DNA of 64,000 nucleotides from Planctomycetota bacterium (GCA_035384565.1 DAOOIT010000016.1:10545-74544); one strand, 5' to 3'. Positions 1 to 9,875 are shown, numbered from the stretch's first letter. A program made the numbers and translations. Notes: generated from the letters alone by a model not told the origin.

Positions 1-249
1 CAGAACCAGACCTCGCCCGCGTCCCAGCTCGCCGAGAGGGCCACGCGGGCGCTCACCAAGGTGCTGCATACGGTGCTGCCGCCATTCCACAAGTACTCTC
101 CCTCGGAACTGGTGAGCTCGGGCGAGGAGGTCTCGCTGGGCCTTGTGCTCGACGCCACGTGGAGCATCGCGCTCCTCTACGGCGGCGTCCTGATGCTGCT
201 GGGAACCTTCATATTCGAGCGCCGCGAGATCGCGTTGGCGAGCCCATGA
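1..249 (+). CDS. 3' end (about 80 codons) of an upstream gene running off the window start; hydrophobic C-terminus ending ...FIFERREIALASP, possibly an ABC-2-type permease
   Basis: Frame 1 is open from position 1 to the stop at 247-249. The tail is hydrophobic (LLYGGVLMLLGTFIF). The stop overlaps the next start as ATGA (246-249). Confidence 0.35.
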   Translation, partial: QNQTSPASQLAERATRALTKVLHTVLPPFHKYSPSELVSSGEEVSLGLVLDATWSIALLYGGVLMLLGTFIFERREIALASP

Positions 250-1940
250 GACCCACGAGCGCCACGACCCTTCGCCGGTGGATGTTTGCGGGGGCGGCCC
301 TGGCCTTCGCCATCGTCGCCAGCCAGGTGCAGTTGCATCTCCAGCGCCGGATGGAGCAGGCGGAGCTCCGCGGCTACGCGGGCGCCGCCAAGGTGCCGCC
401 CGCCATCGAGTTCGCCACCAAGACGCTCGGGTGCTTCCGCGCCCTGGCCATCATCGGCCTCTGGGTGCGCTCGTCGGACCTTCAGGAGGCGGGCAAGTTC
501 TTCGAACTCAACGACCTCTTCCGCATGATCAGCCAGCTCGAGCCGCGATTCCCGGGCGTCTGGGCCTACTGGGCATGGAACGTGGCCTACAACTGCTCGG
601 TCAAATTCCCAGCCAGCCAGCCCGAGGAGCGTTGGCGCTGGATCAAGTTCGGCATCGAGATTCTCCGCGACGAAGGCATCCCCATCAACCCCAAGGCCCC
701 CACCCTCTACCGCGAACTGGCCTGGATCTACAATCACAAGATCGGCGGCGACACCGACGATGCCCACATCTACTATAAGGTGCAGCTCGCCCTCGAAACC
801 GAGCAGGCTCTCGGCAAGCCCCCGTATCTCGACCGCCTCAAGGCCATGGCGGCCGCCCCGCCGACCGAGCGCGAGCTGCTCAACGACCCCGCTGTGCGCG
901 TCCTCGTGGACGCGCTGCGGGCCGCGGGCGTGAACCCGTTCAGCAAGCCGCTGGAGATCGCCAACAGGGCCGCCGAGCTGCCCGCGCCCGTCCTGGCCCT
1001 GCTCAACGACCCGGCTAACGCCGACGCCGCAGGCCGTCTCGAAGCCTACCTACGCGCCGCCAACCTCCGCGACCGCCTCAAGCTCGACACGGGGCGGATG
1101 ATTCGCCTGATGGACTTCGGGCCGATCGACTGGCGCCTGCCCGACGCCCACTCGCTCTACTGGGCGGGCCGCAGTGTGGAGATCTTCGGCACCGACGCGT
1201 TCGCCGCCGCCAACTCCGACCGCATGCTCTTCCACTCGCTCAGCGAACTCTACCGCCGCGGCCGGCTGCGCTTCGAGGCCGGCAACGACGAAGAGCCCGA
1301 CACCTGGGTCGCCGCGCCCAACTTCGGCTTCATCGAGTCGATCATCCGCCTTCACCAGGAGATCGTCGCCCGCCATGCCAAGAGCGACTGGGCCGAGCCC
1401 ACGCGCGAGGGCTACCTCAACTTCCTCCGCGATGTCGTCGTCAACCTCTATGTCCACAACGACGTCAAGAACGCGGCGCGGTACTTCAAGATGCTCCTCG
1501 ACCTCGGCGGCGAGACCCCGGTCCCGCTTCAGGAGTTCGTCTACAGCCGCTACACGAAGCTGCTGGAGGCCATGACCACCGAGCAGGCGCTCAACCTCAT
1601 CCGCGGCTTCCTCTTCCGCTCGCTGATGTGGGCGTCCCTCGGCGACAACGACCAGGCCGCGGGCGAGGACAATCTGGCCCGGTACGTCTACAACAAGTAC
1701 CGCGAAGAGCGGGTCAGCCCGCGCATCCGGGCGCAAATCCCGCCGCTGCGCACCCTCTGGCTCGACGCCTTGCGCGAGGCCCTGCGGTCCTTCCGCAGGT
1801 TCCAGGTGGACGAGCTCCGCCGCCTCTATCCCACGGACGTCAAGGCCATCGAGGACGAGTTCAAGAAGCTCGCCGAGGAAGAGGCGGCCAAGCGCGCCGC
1901 CCCCGAGGGCCCCCCCGCGCCCATCGCACCGAAGAAGTGA
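246..1940 (+). CDS. hypothetical membrane-anchored protein (N-terminal TM helix, large soluble domain)
   Basis: ATG at 246 is coupled by ATGA overlap to the upstream permease-like fragment. The N-terminus RRWMFAGAALAFAIVASQ is a TM/signal anchor. A 1.7 kb ORF with good codon periodicity. I recognise no family. Confidence 0.65.
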   Translation: MRPTSATTLRRWMFAGAALAFAIVASQVQLHLQRRMEQAELRGYAGAAKVPPAIEFATKTLGCFRALAIIGLWVRSSDLQEAGKFFELNDLFRMISQLEPRFPGVWAYWAWNVAYNCSVKFPASQPEERWRWIKFGIEILRDEGIPINPKAPTLYRELAWIYNHKIGGDTDDAHIYYKVQLALETEQALGKPPYLDRLKAMAAAPPTERELLNDPAVRVLVDALRAAGVNPFSKPLEIANRAAELPAPVLALLNDPANADAAGRLEAYLRAANLRDRLKLDTGRMIRLMDFGPIDWRLPDAHSLYWAGRSVEIFGTDAFAAANSDRMLFHSLSELYRRGRLRFEAGNDEEPDTWVAAPNFGFIESIIRLHQEIVARHAKSDWAEPTREGYLNFLRDVVVNLYVHNDVKNAARYFKMLLDLGGETPVPLQEFVYSRYTKLLEAMTTEQALNLIRGFLFRSLMWASLGDNDQAAGEDNLARYVYNKYREERVSPRIRAQIPPLRTLWLDALREALRSFRRFQVDELRRLYPTDVKAIEDEFKKLAEEEAAKRAAPEGPPAPIAPKK

Positions 1941-1965
1941 AACCGGGGGCGCACCCAACGGCCCC

Positions 1966-3552
1966 CTATCGGTCCGCCACGAGCCGAAGCGCGCCCAGGA
2001 GAAGGCTGCTGCCACCCGGGTCGGGGTTGGGCTGGAACTCGATCTTGCGCAGGCTCAGGGCCGGATCGTACGGCGCGCCGTTGCGAAGCAGCCTGGCGAA
2101 GGGGATGGCCAGCTCCTGCCACTCGGCGCCCACCGGGAAGACGCCGCTGTACGCCTCCCCGTCTGCGTGGTACGCTTTCACCTCGAGCCGGCACGGCTTC
2201 TCGCTGCGGATCTCGAGCGCGAGACCCGAATGCCCCGCGCAGCCCAGTCCTCCAAAGTAGACCCCCACGCCGACCCAGGCGATCGCGCCTTTGTGCTTGT
2301 AAGTGATCATGCGCGCCTTGCGACCGCCGCCTTCGACCGTCTCGCTGGCGAACTCCGAGCCCTCGTTCGAGTAGTGGTAAGACTCCCCCTTCGCGGCGAA
2401 GTCGTGGACGATCCCCCCGCGCGACCCCGCCGGGACACGGTTGGCCCCCTCGCGGGCCGCCCGCTCGGCTTCGGCTGCGGCGGCCAGCCAGGGCTTCGGC
2501 CCGGTCGGGTCGCCCCCCACGCCGTAGCGCTCCAGCACGGCCATCTGCGGCCGGTCGCGTCCGTCGCGTGGTTCGACGGACTGTGCGTACCTGCCCCACC
2601 ACGGCCCGGCGGCCCAATAGGTGCCGCCGATGCCGTGCTCCCGCATCGCGGCGAGGAAGTTGTCGAGGACGACGAGCCAGCGGGGGTCGTCGTCGGGCAC
2701 GCCGAACTCGCCGATGAAGCCGCGGGCGTGGCGCGCCTTGAGCCAATCGGCAAAGGGCTTCAGCCGCTCGACGCCGACCGTGGGCGTCGCGCCGCTCGCG
2801 TCATAGCTCTCCTTGTACGTGCCCGAGCTGTCGCGGTCGAAGTACTGGTGCGCCTCGTAGACCAGGTTGCCCTCGGGGTCGCGGATGGCCAGGTCTTTGT
2901 TGACCGCCTGCCACGAATGGGCGCCGCCCCAGCCGTCGCCGCAGACGAGGATCGTGTGCGTCCTGTCCACCGAGCGAATCGCATCCGCCCCTGCCTGGGC
3001 GGCCGCGGGCCACAGGCCGCCCGTATCGTGCGGCTCGTTCATCAGGCCGTAGCCGAAGATTGCCGCCTCGTCTCTGTAGCGGGTGGCGAGCTTCCGCCAC
3101 AGGTCGGCGAATGCCTCGTTGGGGAGCTCCGTCGTGCCGATGAGCTTGCCGCGGTAGCGGGCGTAGTTATGCACGTCGAGCAGCAACTTGATGCCGTGCT
3201 TGCGGGCGTGCGCCACGACCCCGTCGAGCCGCGCCATCTCGGCCTCGTCCAGCGGCGCCAGCGGCTCGCGCTGAATCCGCTCCCACTTGAATGGCAGGCG
3301 CACCACAAGCAGCCCTTTGCCCTTGAGGTAGGCGAAGTGCCTCTCGCCCGGATACGTGTAGTCGCGATCCACCACGCCCGGCACCTTGCCGAACTCGGCG
3401 CCGGCCAGATTCACGCCAACCATTGCCGCCTCCGGCGGAACGCGCATCAGCCTCGCCTTCGGGGCAGAGGCCGTCGGTGTCGGCGTTTCCCTCGATGTAC
3501 AGCCAACCGCACACAGAGCCACCACAGCCGGCAACCAGACGCGCGAAGTCAT
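1966..3552 (-). CDS. GH5-family (cellulase-like, clan GH-A) glycoside hydrolase lipoprotein with C-terminal beta-sandwich domain
   Basis: Lipoprotein signal MTSRVWLPAVVALCAVGC. A GH5-type block ...FGYGLMNEPHD... carries the NEP acid/base motif, and ...IGEFGV... is the likely nucleophile region. About 150 residues of C-terminal extra domain. Confidence 0.8.
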   Translation of the reverse strand: MTSRVWLPAVVALCAVGCTSRETPTPTASAPKARLMRVPPEAAMVGVNLAGAEFGKVPGVVDRDYTYPGERHFAYLKGKGLLVVRLPFKWERIQREPLAPLDEAEMARLDGVVAHARKHGIKLLLDVHNYARYRGKLIGTTELPNEAFADLWRKLATRYRDEAAIFGYGLMNEPHDTGGLWPAAAQAGADAIRSVDRTHTILVCGDGWGGAHSWQAVNKDLAIRDPEGNLVYEAHQYFDRDSSGTYKESYDASGATPTVGVERLKPFADWLKARHARGFIGEFGVPDDDPRWLVVLDNFLAAMREHGIGGTYWAAGPWWGRYAQSVEPRDGRDRPQMAVLERYGVGGDPTGPKPWLAAAAEAERAAREGANRVPAGSRGGIVHDFAAKGESYHYSNEGSEFASETVEGGGRKARMITYKHKGAIAWVGVGVYFGGLGCAGHSGLALEIRSEKPCRLEVKAYHADGEAYSGVFPVGAEWQELAIPFARLLRNGAPYDPALSLRKIEFQPNPDPGGSSLLLGALRLVADR

Positions 3553-3704
3553 AGGCGACTGCTCTCCTCATGCCATGTCTTGATCATAGCGGCCCGGACC
3601 CTCCGCCGCAACCGCAGCCACTCTTGACAAAGCATCGGCCATGAGCTACAAGGGCACGCGACGCAACGGGGTTCCCGGGCCATCTAAACGAAGGAGAAGA
3701 TTCC

Positions 3705-5174
3705 TTGGCTATCAAGGTCGCCTTCATCGGCGCAGGCAGCATCGGCTTCACGCGGGGCCTGTTCCGCGACATCCTGAGCGTCCCAGAGCTTCAGGACACG
3801 CAGTTCGCCTTCCACGACATCAACCAGCGCAATCTCGACATGGTCGTGGCCCTGTGCGAGAAGGAGTTGAAGGCGGCCAGGCTGCCCGCCACGATCACGG
3901 CCACGCTCGACCGCCGCCGCGCGGTGGCCGATGCCGACTACGTGCTCAACGTCGTCCGCGTGGGCGGCCTCGACGCCTTCAAGCTCGATATTGACATCCC
4001 GCTCAAGTACGGCGTGGACCAGTGCGTGGGCGACACCCTGGCCCCCGGCGGCATCATGTACGGCCAGCGCAACATCCCGTGCATTCTGGACTTCTGCCGC
4101 GACATGCGCGAGGTGGCCAAGCCCGACGTTCTGTTCCTCAACTACGCCAACCCCAACGCAATGAACACCTGGGCCGCCATCGAGTATGGCAAGGTGAACA
4201 CCGTGGGCCTCTGCCACGGCGTCATCGGCGGCCACCACCAGATCGCCCAGGTGCTCGGGGCCAAGAGCGCCAAGGAAGTGGACATCATCTGCGCCGGCAT
4301 CAACCACCAGACCTGGTACATTCAGATCATCTACCAGGGGCGCAAGATCACGAGCGAGGAACTGCTTAGGGCGTTCGAGAAACACCCCGTCTACTCGAAG
4401 ACCGAGAAGGTGCGCATTGACGTCCTCCGCCGCTTCGGGTACTACTCCACCGAATCCAACGGCCACCTCTCCGAATACGTGCCGTGGTACCGCAAGCGCC
4501 CCGCCGAGATCAAGCGCTGGATTGACCTGTCGAGCTGGATCAACGGCGAGACGGGCGGCTACCTGCGCGTGTGCACCGAGGGGCGCAACTGGTTCAAGAC
4601 CGAGTTCCCCAACTGGCTCAAGGCCGACCCCAAGCCCATCTCGCCCGAGACCCGCGGCCACGAGCACGGCTCCTACATCATCGAAGGGCTGGAGACAGGC
4701 CGCCTCTACCGCGGCCACTTCAACGTCCGCAACAACGGCACCATCTCGAACCTGCCCGACGACTGCATCGTCGAGGTACCCGGCTACGTGGACCGCAACG
4801 GCATCAACATCCCGCGCGTGGGCGACCTGCCGCTCGCGTGCGCCGCCACGCTCATGGCCAGCATCAACGTCCAGCGCATGGCCGTCAAGGCCGCCGTCGA
4901 GGGGAACGTGACGCTGCTCAAACAGGCCATGCTCCACGACCCGCTGACCGCGGCGTGCCTGAACCCGCCCGAGATCTGGCAGATGACCGATGAGATGCTC
5001 GTCGCACAGGCCCAATGGCTGCCGCAGTACAAAGGCGAGATCGCGAAGGCCAGGAAGCGCCTCGCCCGCGAGAAGCCCCTCGGCACCCGAAAGTGGAAAG
5101 GCGCCGCCCGCCTCCACACCAAGTCCGTCGCGGAGATGAAGGCCGAGCGACGCAAGAGAGCACGGAGCAAGTAG
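3705..5174 (+). CDS. GH4-family NAD(+)/Mn-dependent glycosidase (alpha-glucosidase/alpha-galactosidase type)
   Basis: N-terminus MAIKVAFIGAGSIGFTR is a Rossmann NAD site, and ...NTVGLCHGV... is the GH4 catalytic Cys-His region. TTG start at 3705 sits 8 nt after the AAGGAGA Shine-Dalgarno at 3691. Confidence 0.85.
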   Translation: MAIKVAFIGAGSIGFTRGLFRDILSVPELQDTQFAFHDINQRNLDMVVALCEKELKAARLPATITATLDRRRAVADADYVLNVVRVGGLDAFKLDIDIPLKYGVDQCVGDTLAPGGIMYGQRNIPCILDFCRDMREVAKPDVLFLNYANPNAMNTWAAIEYGKVNTVGLCHGVIGGHHQIAQVLGAKSAKEVDIICAGINHQTWYIQIIYQGRKITSEELLRAFEKHPVYSKTEKVRIDVLRRFGYYSTESNGHLSEYVPWYRKRPAEIKRWIDLSSWINGETGGYLRVCTEGRNWFKTEFPNWLKADPKPISPETRGHEHGSYIIEGLETGRLYRGHFNVRNNGTISNLPDDCIVEVPGYVDRNGINIPRVGDLPLACAATLMASINVQRMAVKAAVEGNVTLLKQAMLHDPLTAACLNPPEIWQMTDEMLVAQAQWLPQYKGEIAKARKRLAREKPLGTRKWKGAARLHTKSVAEMKAERRKRARSK

Positions 5175-5323
5175 CGAGCGAGCATGCCGCGTGCGCTCCG
5201 ACTGCTCCCTCAGCAGCTTGCCTGGCACCGGACCCGAATCACCAGGCCTCGTGGCCTTCAACGCTGGACCCTGTGCGGGCTGCCAGGCGCCGGGACGCCC
5301 CGGTCGCCCGATGGAGGCGCATC

Positions 5324-6913
5324 GTGAGCCATCCGGGTCGGTATCTCGCCACACTTGCGTTTGTCGGATTCGCCACTGTGTCAGTTCCAGGTGCCGCCGG
5401 GTCGCTAGGCCTTGCGCAGAACCCGATTCTCTGGACAGATCTCCCTGACCTCGCGATCATGCGCGTCGGCGCCAACTACTACATGAGCAGCACCACGATG
5501 CACATGAGTCCCGGCCTGCCGATCATGAAATCAAGTGACCTGGTGAACTGGGAACTGGTTGGCTATGCCTACGACACGCTCGCAGACAACGACGCCCTGA
5601 CCCTCACGAACGGCAGAAACGCCTACGGCGCCGGGTCCTGGGCCAGCAGTCTCCGCTACCACGGCGGGGTCTTCTATGCAACCACCTTCTCGAGTACGAC
5701 CGGCAGGACTCATGTCTACACGACGAAGGACATCGAGAAGGGCCCGTGGAAGGAGACGTCGTTCCCCCCCTCGCTGCACGATCACTCGCTGTTCTTCGAT
5801 GACGACGGCCGCGTATACATGGTGCACGGCAGTGGTGACATTCGTCTCACCGAGCTCTGTGCCGATGCTTCGGGGGTCAAGCCCGGCGGCCTCAGCCAGG
5901 TGATCATCAGGAACGCCAGTCGCGTGGCCGGCGAAAGGGTTGGCCTGCCCGCCGAGGGCTCCCAACTCCACAAGATCGGCGGCAAGTACTACCTGATGAA
6001 CATCACTTGGCCTCGCAACGACGTCCGCACGCAGATCATCCACCGGGCCGACCGGATCACGGGTCCGTACGAGGGCAGGGTGATTCTCAGAGACCGCGGC
6101 ATCGCGCAGGGGGGACTTGTTGATACAGCGGACGGCCGGTGGTATGCGCTGTTGTTCGAGGACCACGGCGCCGTCGGCCGCATCCCCCATCTTGTTCCGG
6201 TGAGGTGGGAGGACGGCTGGCCTGTCTTAGGCGTGGATGGCAAAGTGCCAGCGACCCTCGACATCCCTGCCGGCAAGGGGGGCCTCGCCAACATCGTGGC
6301 CTCCGACGAATTCGACCGCCGCCCCGGCGACCGCGCGCTCCCGCTGGCCTGGCAATGGAACCACAACCCCGACAATCGGCACTGGTCGCTCACCCATCGC
6401 CCAGGCTGGCTGCGGCTGACCACAGGCAGAGTCGACCCCGACATCACCAGCGCCAGGAACACCCTCACGCAGAGGACCTTCGGTCCGCAGTGTTCGGGCA
6501 CCGTGGCGCTGGATGTGAGCCGTATGAGGGACGGCGACCTCGCTGGCCTCAGCGTGTTCCAGCGGAAGTATGGATTCGTCGCCGTCAAGACGGTTGGCGC
6601 CGCCAGGTCCGTTGTCATGGTGAGCGCCGAAACGGGTGTTCCCCTGGAGGCGGAATCCGTTCCCTTGAGGCAGGAAGTCGTCTTCCTCAGAGCGGACTGC
6701 GATTACAGGAACCGCGCCGACAGAGCCTCCTTCTACTACAGCCTCGACGGCAGACGCTGGACTGCCATTGGGGGCCCGCTGAAGATGTCCTACACACTCC
6801 CACACTTCATGGGCTACCGCTTCGCGTTGTTCAATCTCGCAACCAAGGTGGCAGGCGGTTCCGTGGACTTCGACTACTTTCGCGTGAGCGATCGGATCAC
6901 GGACGGGAACTGA
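5324..6913 (+). CDS. GH43-family glycoside hydrolase (beta-xylosidase/alpha-L-arabinofuranosidase type) with C-terminal beta-sandwich (GH43_C2-like) domain
   Basis: NPILWTDLPDLAIMRVGANYYM is the canonical start of the GH43 five-bladed propeller. The C-terminal half resembles the beta-xylosidase C-terminal domain. GTG at 5324 is preceded by GGAGG (5313-5317). The ORF is open back to 5015, so the exact start is uncertain. Confidence 0.8.
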   Translation: MSHPGRYLATLAFVGFATVSVPGAAGSLGLAQNPILWTDLPDLAIMRVGANYYMSSTTMHMSPGLPIMKSSDLVNWELVGYAYDTLADNDALTLTNGRNAYGAGSWASSLRYHGGVFYATTFSSTTGRTHVYTTKDIEKGPWKETSFPPSLHDHSLFFDDDGRVYMVHGSGDIRLTELCADASGVKPGGLSQVIIRNASRVAGERVGLPAEGSQLHKIGGKYYLMNITWPRNDVRTQIIHRADRITGPYEGRVILRDRGIAQGGLVDTADGRWYALLFEDHGAVGRIPHLVPVRWEDGWPVLGVDGKVPATLDIPAGKGGLANIVASDEFDRRPGDRALPLAWQWNHNPDNRHWSLTHRPGWLRLTTGRVDPDITSARNTLTQRTFGPQCSGTVALDVSRMRDGDLAGLSVFQRKYGFVAVKTVGAARSVVMVSAETGVPLEAESVPLRQEVVFLRADCDYRNRADRASFYYSLDGRRWTAIGGPLKMSYTLPHFMGYRFALFNLATKVAGGSVDFDYFRVSDRITDGN

Positions 6914-6988
6914 GGGATTCAGATTCACTCCCCCGTCCCTCACCGCGGTGGAAGGAACATGCGAGGGATGCGCCTGCTCGCCGAGAGG

Positions 6989-7100
6989 TGAGCAAGTATG
7001 GCGCTTGGGCGATCCGGGCGGGTTTACGGCCTTTCCGCCCATACTTGCTCAATTCCCTCCCCCTCCAGGTTGAGCAAGTATGGCGCCCGGGCGATCCGGG
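6989..7100. repeat. Family-A hairpin repeat cluster: three alternating-orientation copies of TGAGCAAGTATGGCGCYYGGGCGATCCGGG / CCATACTTGCTCA
   Basis: Direct copies at 6989-7018 and 7071-7100 and an inverted copy at 7038-7052, forming nested stem-loops. The same core recurs at 45861-45983 and, degenerate, at 12414-12447. Confidence 0.7.
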
Positions 7101-7146
7101 ACCTTCGGTGGCCGTCCCTGCCCATCTGCGCCACTCCCGCCCTCAC

Positions 7147-7245
7147 CACTACTCCGGCCGCGAACCCGTCTGCATCCTTCCGTGTAGCGACAAGCGTCTC
7201 GCTTGCCGAAAACCATCGCAAGCGGGACGCTTGCGGCTACGCTTG
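7147..7245. repeat. Family-B double-hairpin repeat (ACTACTCCGGCCGC...GCGACAAGCGTCTCGCTTGCC...CGCAAGCGGGACGCTTGCGG)
   Basis: Two short palindromes, CAAGCG-N4-CGCTTG and CCGCAAGC-GGGA-CGCTTGCGG. Related copies are at 47459-47600 and 60037-60110. Confidence 0.65.
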
Positions 7246-7481
7246 AGGCCCTGGCCGACGTAGCCTGGTCCCGGCGGCCACTCCAGGATGGCTCGCTGCC
7301 GGAGTAGGATGTGATACGGGCAGGGAACGGGCAGGGCCTGAATGCCTCTATGGCGCGGCTGGCCGAGTCTGGGACCCGTACTCGGCGCGCCAGGCGGGCC
7401 ACAGCGCTGCTCCTGCGAGGCTCCGCCCGACAGCGTACCGAGCAGACGGGAGGGTTGGGAGTGCAGCACCCCCTCCCCTCG

Positions 7482-9401
7482 TCAGCGCGCGGCCACGAGC
7501 CTCTTGACGGCAGCGACGACGGACGCGGGGTCAATGCCCTGCTCGGCATAGAGGTCATCGGGCGTGCCCGAGCTGGCGTAGCGGCGCACGCCGAGCATCT
7601 CGAGCTTGCATGCGATGCCGCTGAGGGCCAGGGTCTCGGCCACCGAGGCGCCGAGGCCAGTCCAGACGTTGTGGTCCTCGCAGGTCACGAGGACGCCCGT
7701 CCTCGCGGCGGCCTTGATGGCCTCCACATCGGGGTCCTTGGGGCAGCTCATGGCCAGGAGGCCCACGCTCAGGCCCGCGGCGTTGAGCTCGGCCACGGCC
7801 TTCTGGCAATAGCCCACCATCGTGCCCATCGCGATCACCACGGCGTCGGTGCCCTCCGCGATGACATCGGCCTTTCCTGGTTGGAAGGTGTAGTCGCCGG
7901 CGTAGAAGGGCCGGCCCTTCGCGTCGGTGACGATGGGGAGCTTGGAGCGGCCCATGGCGACGGCGAAGTTGCCCGGCTGCTGCGAGATGTAGCGCACCAC
8001 GCGGTCGGTCTGGTTGCCGTCGGCGGGCACGATGATCTGGAAGCCGAACAGGTTGCGCATGGCGCCCACGTAGTCGAGGCACTGGTGGGTCTTGCCGTCC
8101 TCGCCCACGTCGAGGCCGCAGTGGGTGCACACGAGCTTGAGGTTGGTCTCGTTGATGTCGTTGAGCCGGTGCTGATTATAGGTTTCGTCGAAGCCGAAGA
8201 CCCCGAAGTCGGAGAAGTAGGTGAGCACGCCGCTGACCGACAGGGCGCCGGCGATGGTGGCGGCGTTGTGCTCCTGCACGCCGACCTGGAGGAAGTTGTT
8301 GGGCAGGGCCTTCTGGAAGTCGCCCGTGCGCACGGAGGGCAGCAGATCGCAGTCCACGCAGGCCATCGGCACCTTCTGGCCGTTGAGCTTGGCGAGGTCG
8401 CCGAGGGCGTTGCCCCAGGCCGAGCGGTTGTCAATGGGCGCCGTGTAAGTGCGGGGCGTGCCGGGGTCTATGGGGGCGGGGGCGTGGGCGAGGTGAATGG
8501 TCGAGCGCATGCCCGGGCCGGCCTTGCGCATCGCGGCGTAGCGCTCCAGGTCGTTCTCGACGCCCAGCACCTTCAGGGCGTCCTCGAACATGTCCTTGGG
8601 CAGCGCGGCGCCGTGGTACTTCTCCTTGTGCTCGATGGCGGGCACGCCCTTGCCCATCACGGTCGTGCACAGGATGGCCACGGGGTTCGCCGTGTCGAGC
8701 ACCGCCTCGCGCGTCGCCTGGTAGATGGCCTGGTAGTCGTGGCCGTCCACCTCGATCACCCGCCAGCCGTCGGCGAGGATCGTCGCCTTGATGTTCACGG
8801 GCATGATGTCCGAGGTCTTTCCGCTGATCTGGAGGCCGTTGAGGTCGAGCAGGACGGTGAGGTTGGACAGGTTGTACTTTCGGGCGAAGCGGCGGGCCTC
8901 GGCCACCTGGCCCTTGGCGTGCTCGCCGTCGCTCATCATGGCGAACACGTGGTAGTTGCGCCCCGTGAGGCGCGCGGCCATGGCCATGCCGGCCGCGGCC
9001 GACAGGCCCTGGCCCAGGTTGCCGCTCGACCATTCGCACCCGGGGATCGAGCGCTCGACGTGTCCCTCGAAGATGCTGCCGCTCTGGCGGAAGTGCGCCA
9101 CGGCCTCGTCAATCGGGAAGAAGCCCAGGCGCCCCAGCGTCGCATACACGCCGGGCGACGTGTGGCCGTGGCTCACGACGATCCGGTCGCGGTCGGGGTC
9201 CAGCGGGTTCCTCGGGTCAACGTTGGCCAGCGACCACACGACCAGATAGAAGTCAATGGATGACATGGAGCCGCCCGGGTGGCCGCAGGCGGCCAGCTCC
9301 GTCATCTTCAGGATATCGCCGCGGCACAGGCGGCCGAGTTCCTTGAGGCGTGCGAGTTGTTCGGGGGTCAAAGCAGGCGCCGCGAATCTGTTTCCGGCCA
9401 T
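7482..9401 (-). CDS. tkt: transketolase
   Basis: 639 aa with the HPGGSMSSIDFY thiamine-diphosphate motif and full-length collinearity with bacterial Tkt (N-terminal TPP domain, Pyr domain, C-terminal domain). Confidence 0.92.
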   Translation of the reverse strand: MAGNRFAAPALTPEQLARLKELGRLCRGDILKMTELAACGHPGGSMSSIDFYLVVWSLANVDPRNPLDPDRDRIVVSHGHTSPGVYATLGRLGFFPIDEAVAHFRQSGSIFEGHVERSIPGCEWSSGNLGQGLSAAAGMAMAARLTGRNYHVFAMMSDGEHAKGQVAEARRFARKYNLSNLTVLLDLNGLQISGKTSDIMPVNIKATILADGWRVIEVDGHDYQAIYQATREAVLDTANPVAILCTTVMGKGVPAIEHKEKYHGAALPKDMFEDALKVLGVENDLERYAAMRKAGPGMRSTIHLAHAPAPIDPGTPRTYTAPIDNRSAWGNALGDLAKLNGQKVPMACVDCDLLPSVRTGDFQKALPNNFLQVGVQEHNAATIAGALSVSGVLTYFSDFGVFGFDETYNQHRLNDINETNLKLVCTHCGLDVGEDGKTHQCLDYVGAMRNLFGFQIIVPADGNQTDRVVRYISQQPGNFAVAMGRSKLPIVTDAKGRPFYAGDYTFQPGKADVIAEGTDAVVIAMGTMVGYCQKAVAELNAAGLSVGLLAMSCPKDPDVEAIKAAARTGVLVTCEDHNVWTGLGASVAETLALSGIACKLEMLGVRRYASSGTPDDLYAEQGIDPASVVAAVKRLVAAR

Positions 9402-9875
9402 GGACTCCTCCGTGGATGGTGCAGAGGCGTTCGCAACTCATCCCGACGAAGTCATCATTATAGGCATTTGGCCTGATGCTTCAACTCTCGGCCTCTGTGC
9501 GGACTCACGGCCAGGCTTGCTGCCCGCAGGCAACCTGAGTCAGCGGGATTTGCCGTTCTTGACGGTATGGCACCGCGCAGACACGGACGACGCCTGGGAG
9601 CCTGTCCAAGAATCCGCGTGAGGCTGCGACGCCGCCGACTCTGGCCGCACGCAAGGAGCGAGGAGGAGGCGATGCAACGGAGCGCATCGCGGACGATGAG
9701 CGACACAGCGGGCGGCCTGAAGTCGCGGCGTCCCTTCGGGTTGCGGCGTCAGCGGGCCGGCTGCCACGTTGCGGCTCCTCAGCGATGCATTCCAGGGCAT
9801 CGCCTGCGTCGCCGCGCCTCGCATCCAGCCCGCTGACGCCGGCAACGCAGCCCACGGGGATACTTGGACAGGCTC

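Noticed and set aside
3620-3655. Possible promoter TTGACA-17 nt-TACAAG in the GH5/GH4 divergent region
   Set aside because: The -10 element is weak (TACAAG) and there is no supporting evidence, so it is not reported as a feature.
3684-5354. 556-aa minus-strand ORF
   Set aside because: It is antisense to the GH4 gene. Similarly, ORF 2167-3627 (+) is antisense to the GH5 gene.
7311-9263. 650-aa plus-strand ORF
   Set aside because: It is antisense to transketolase. The composition is G/A/V/H-rich and it has no start context.
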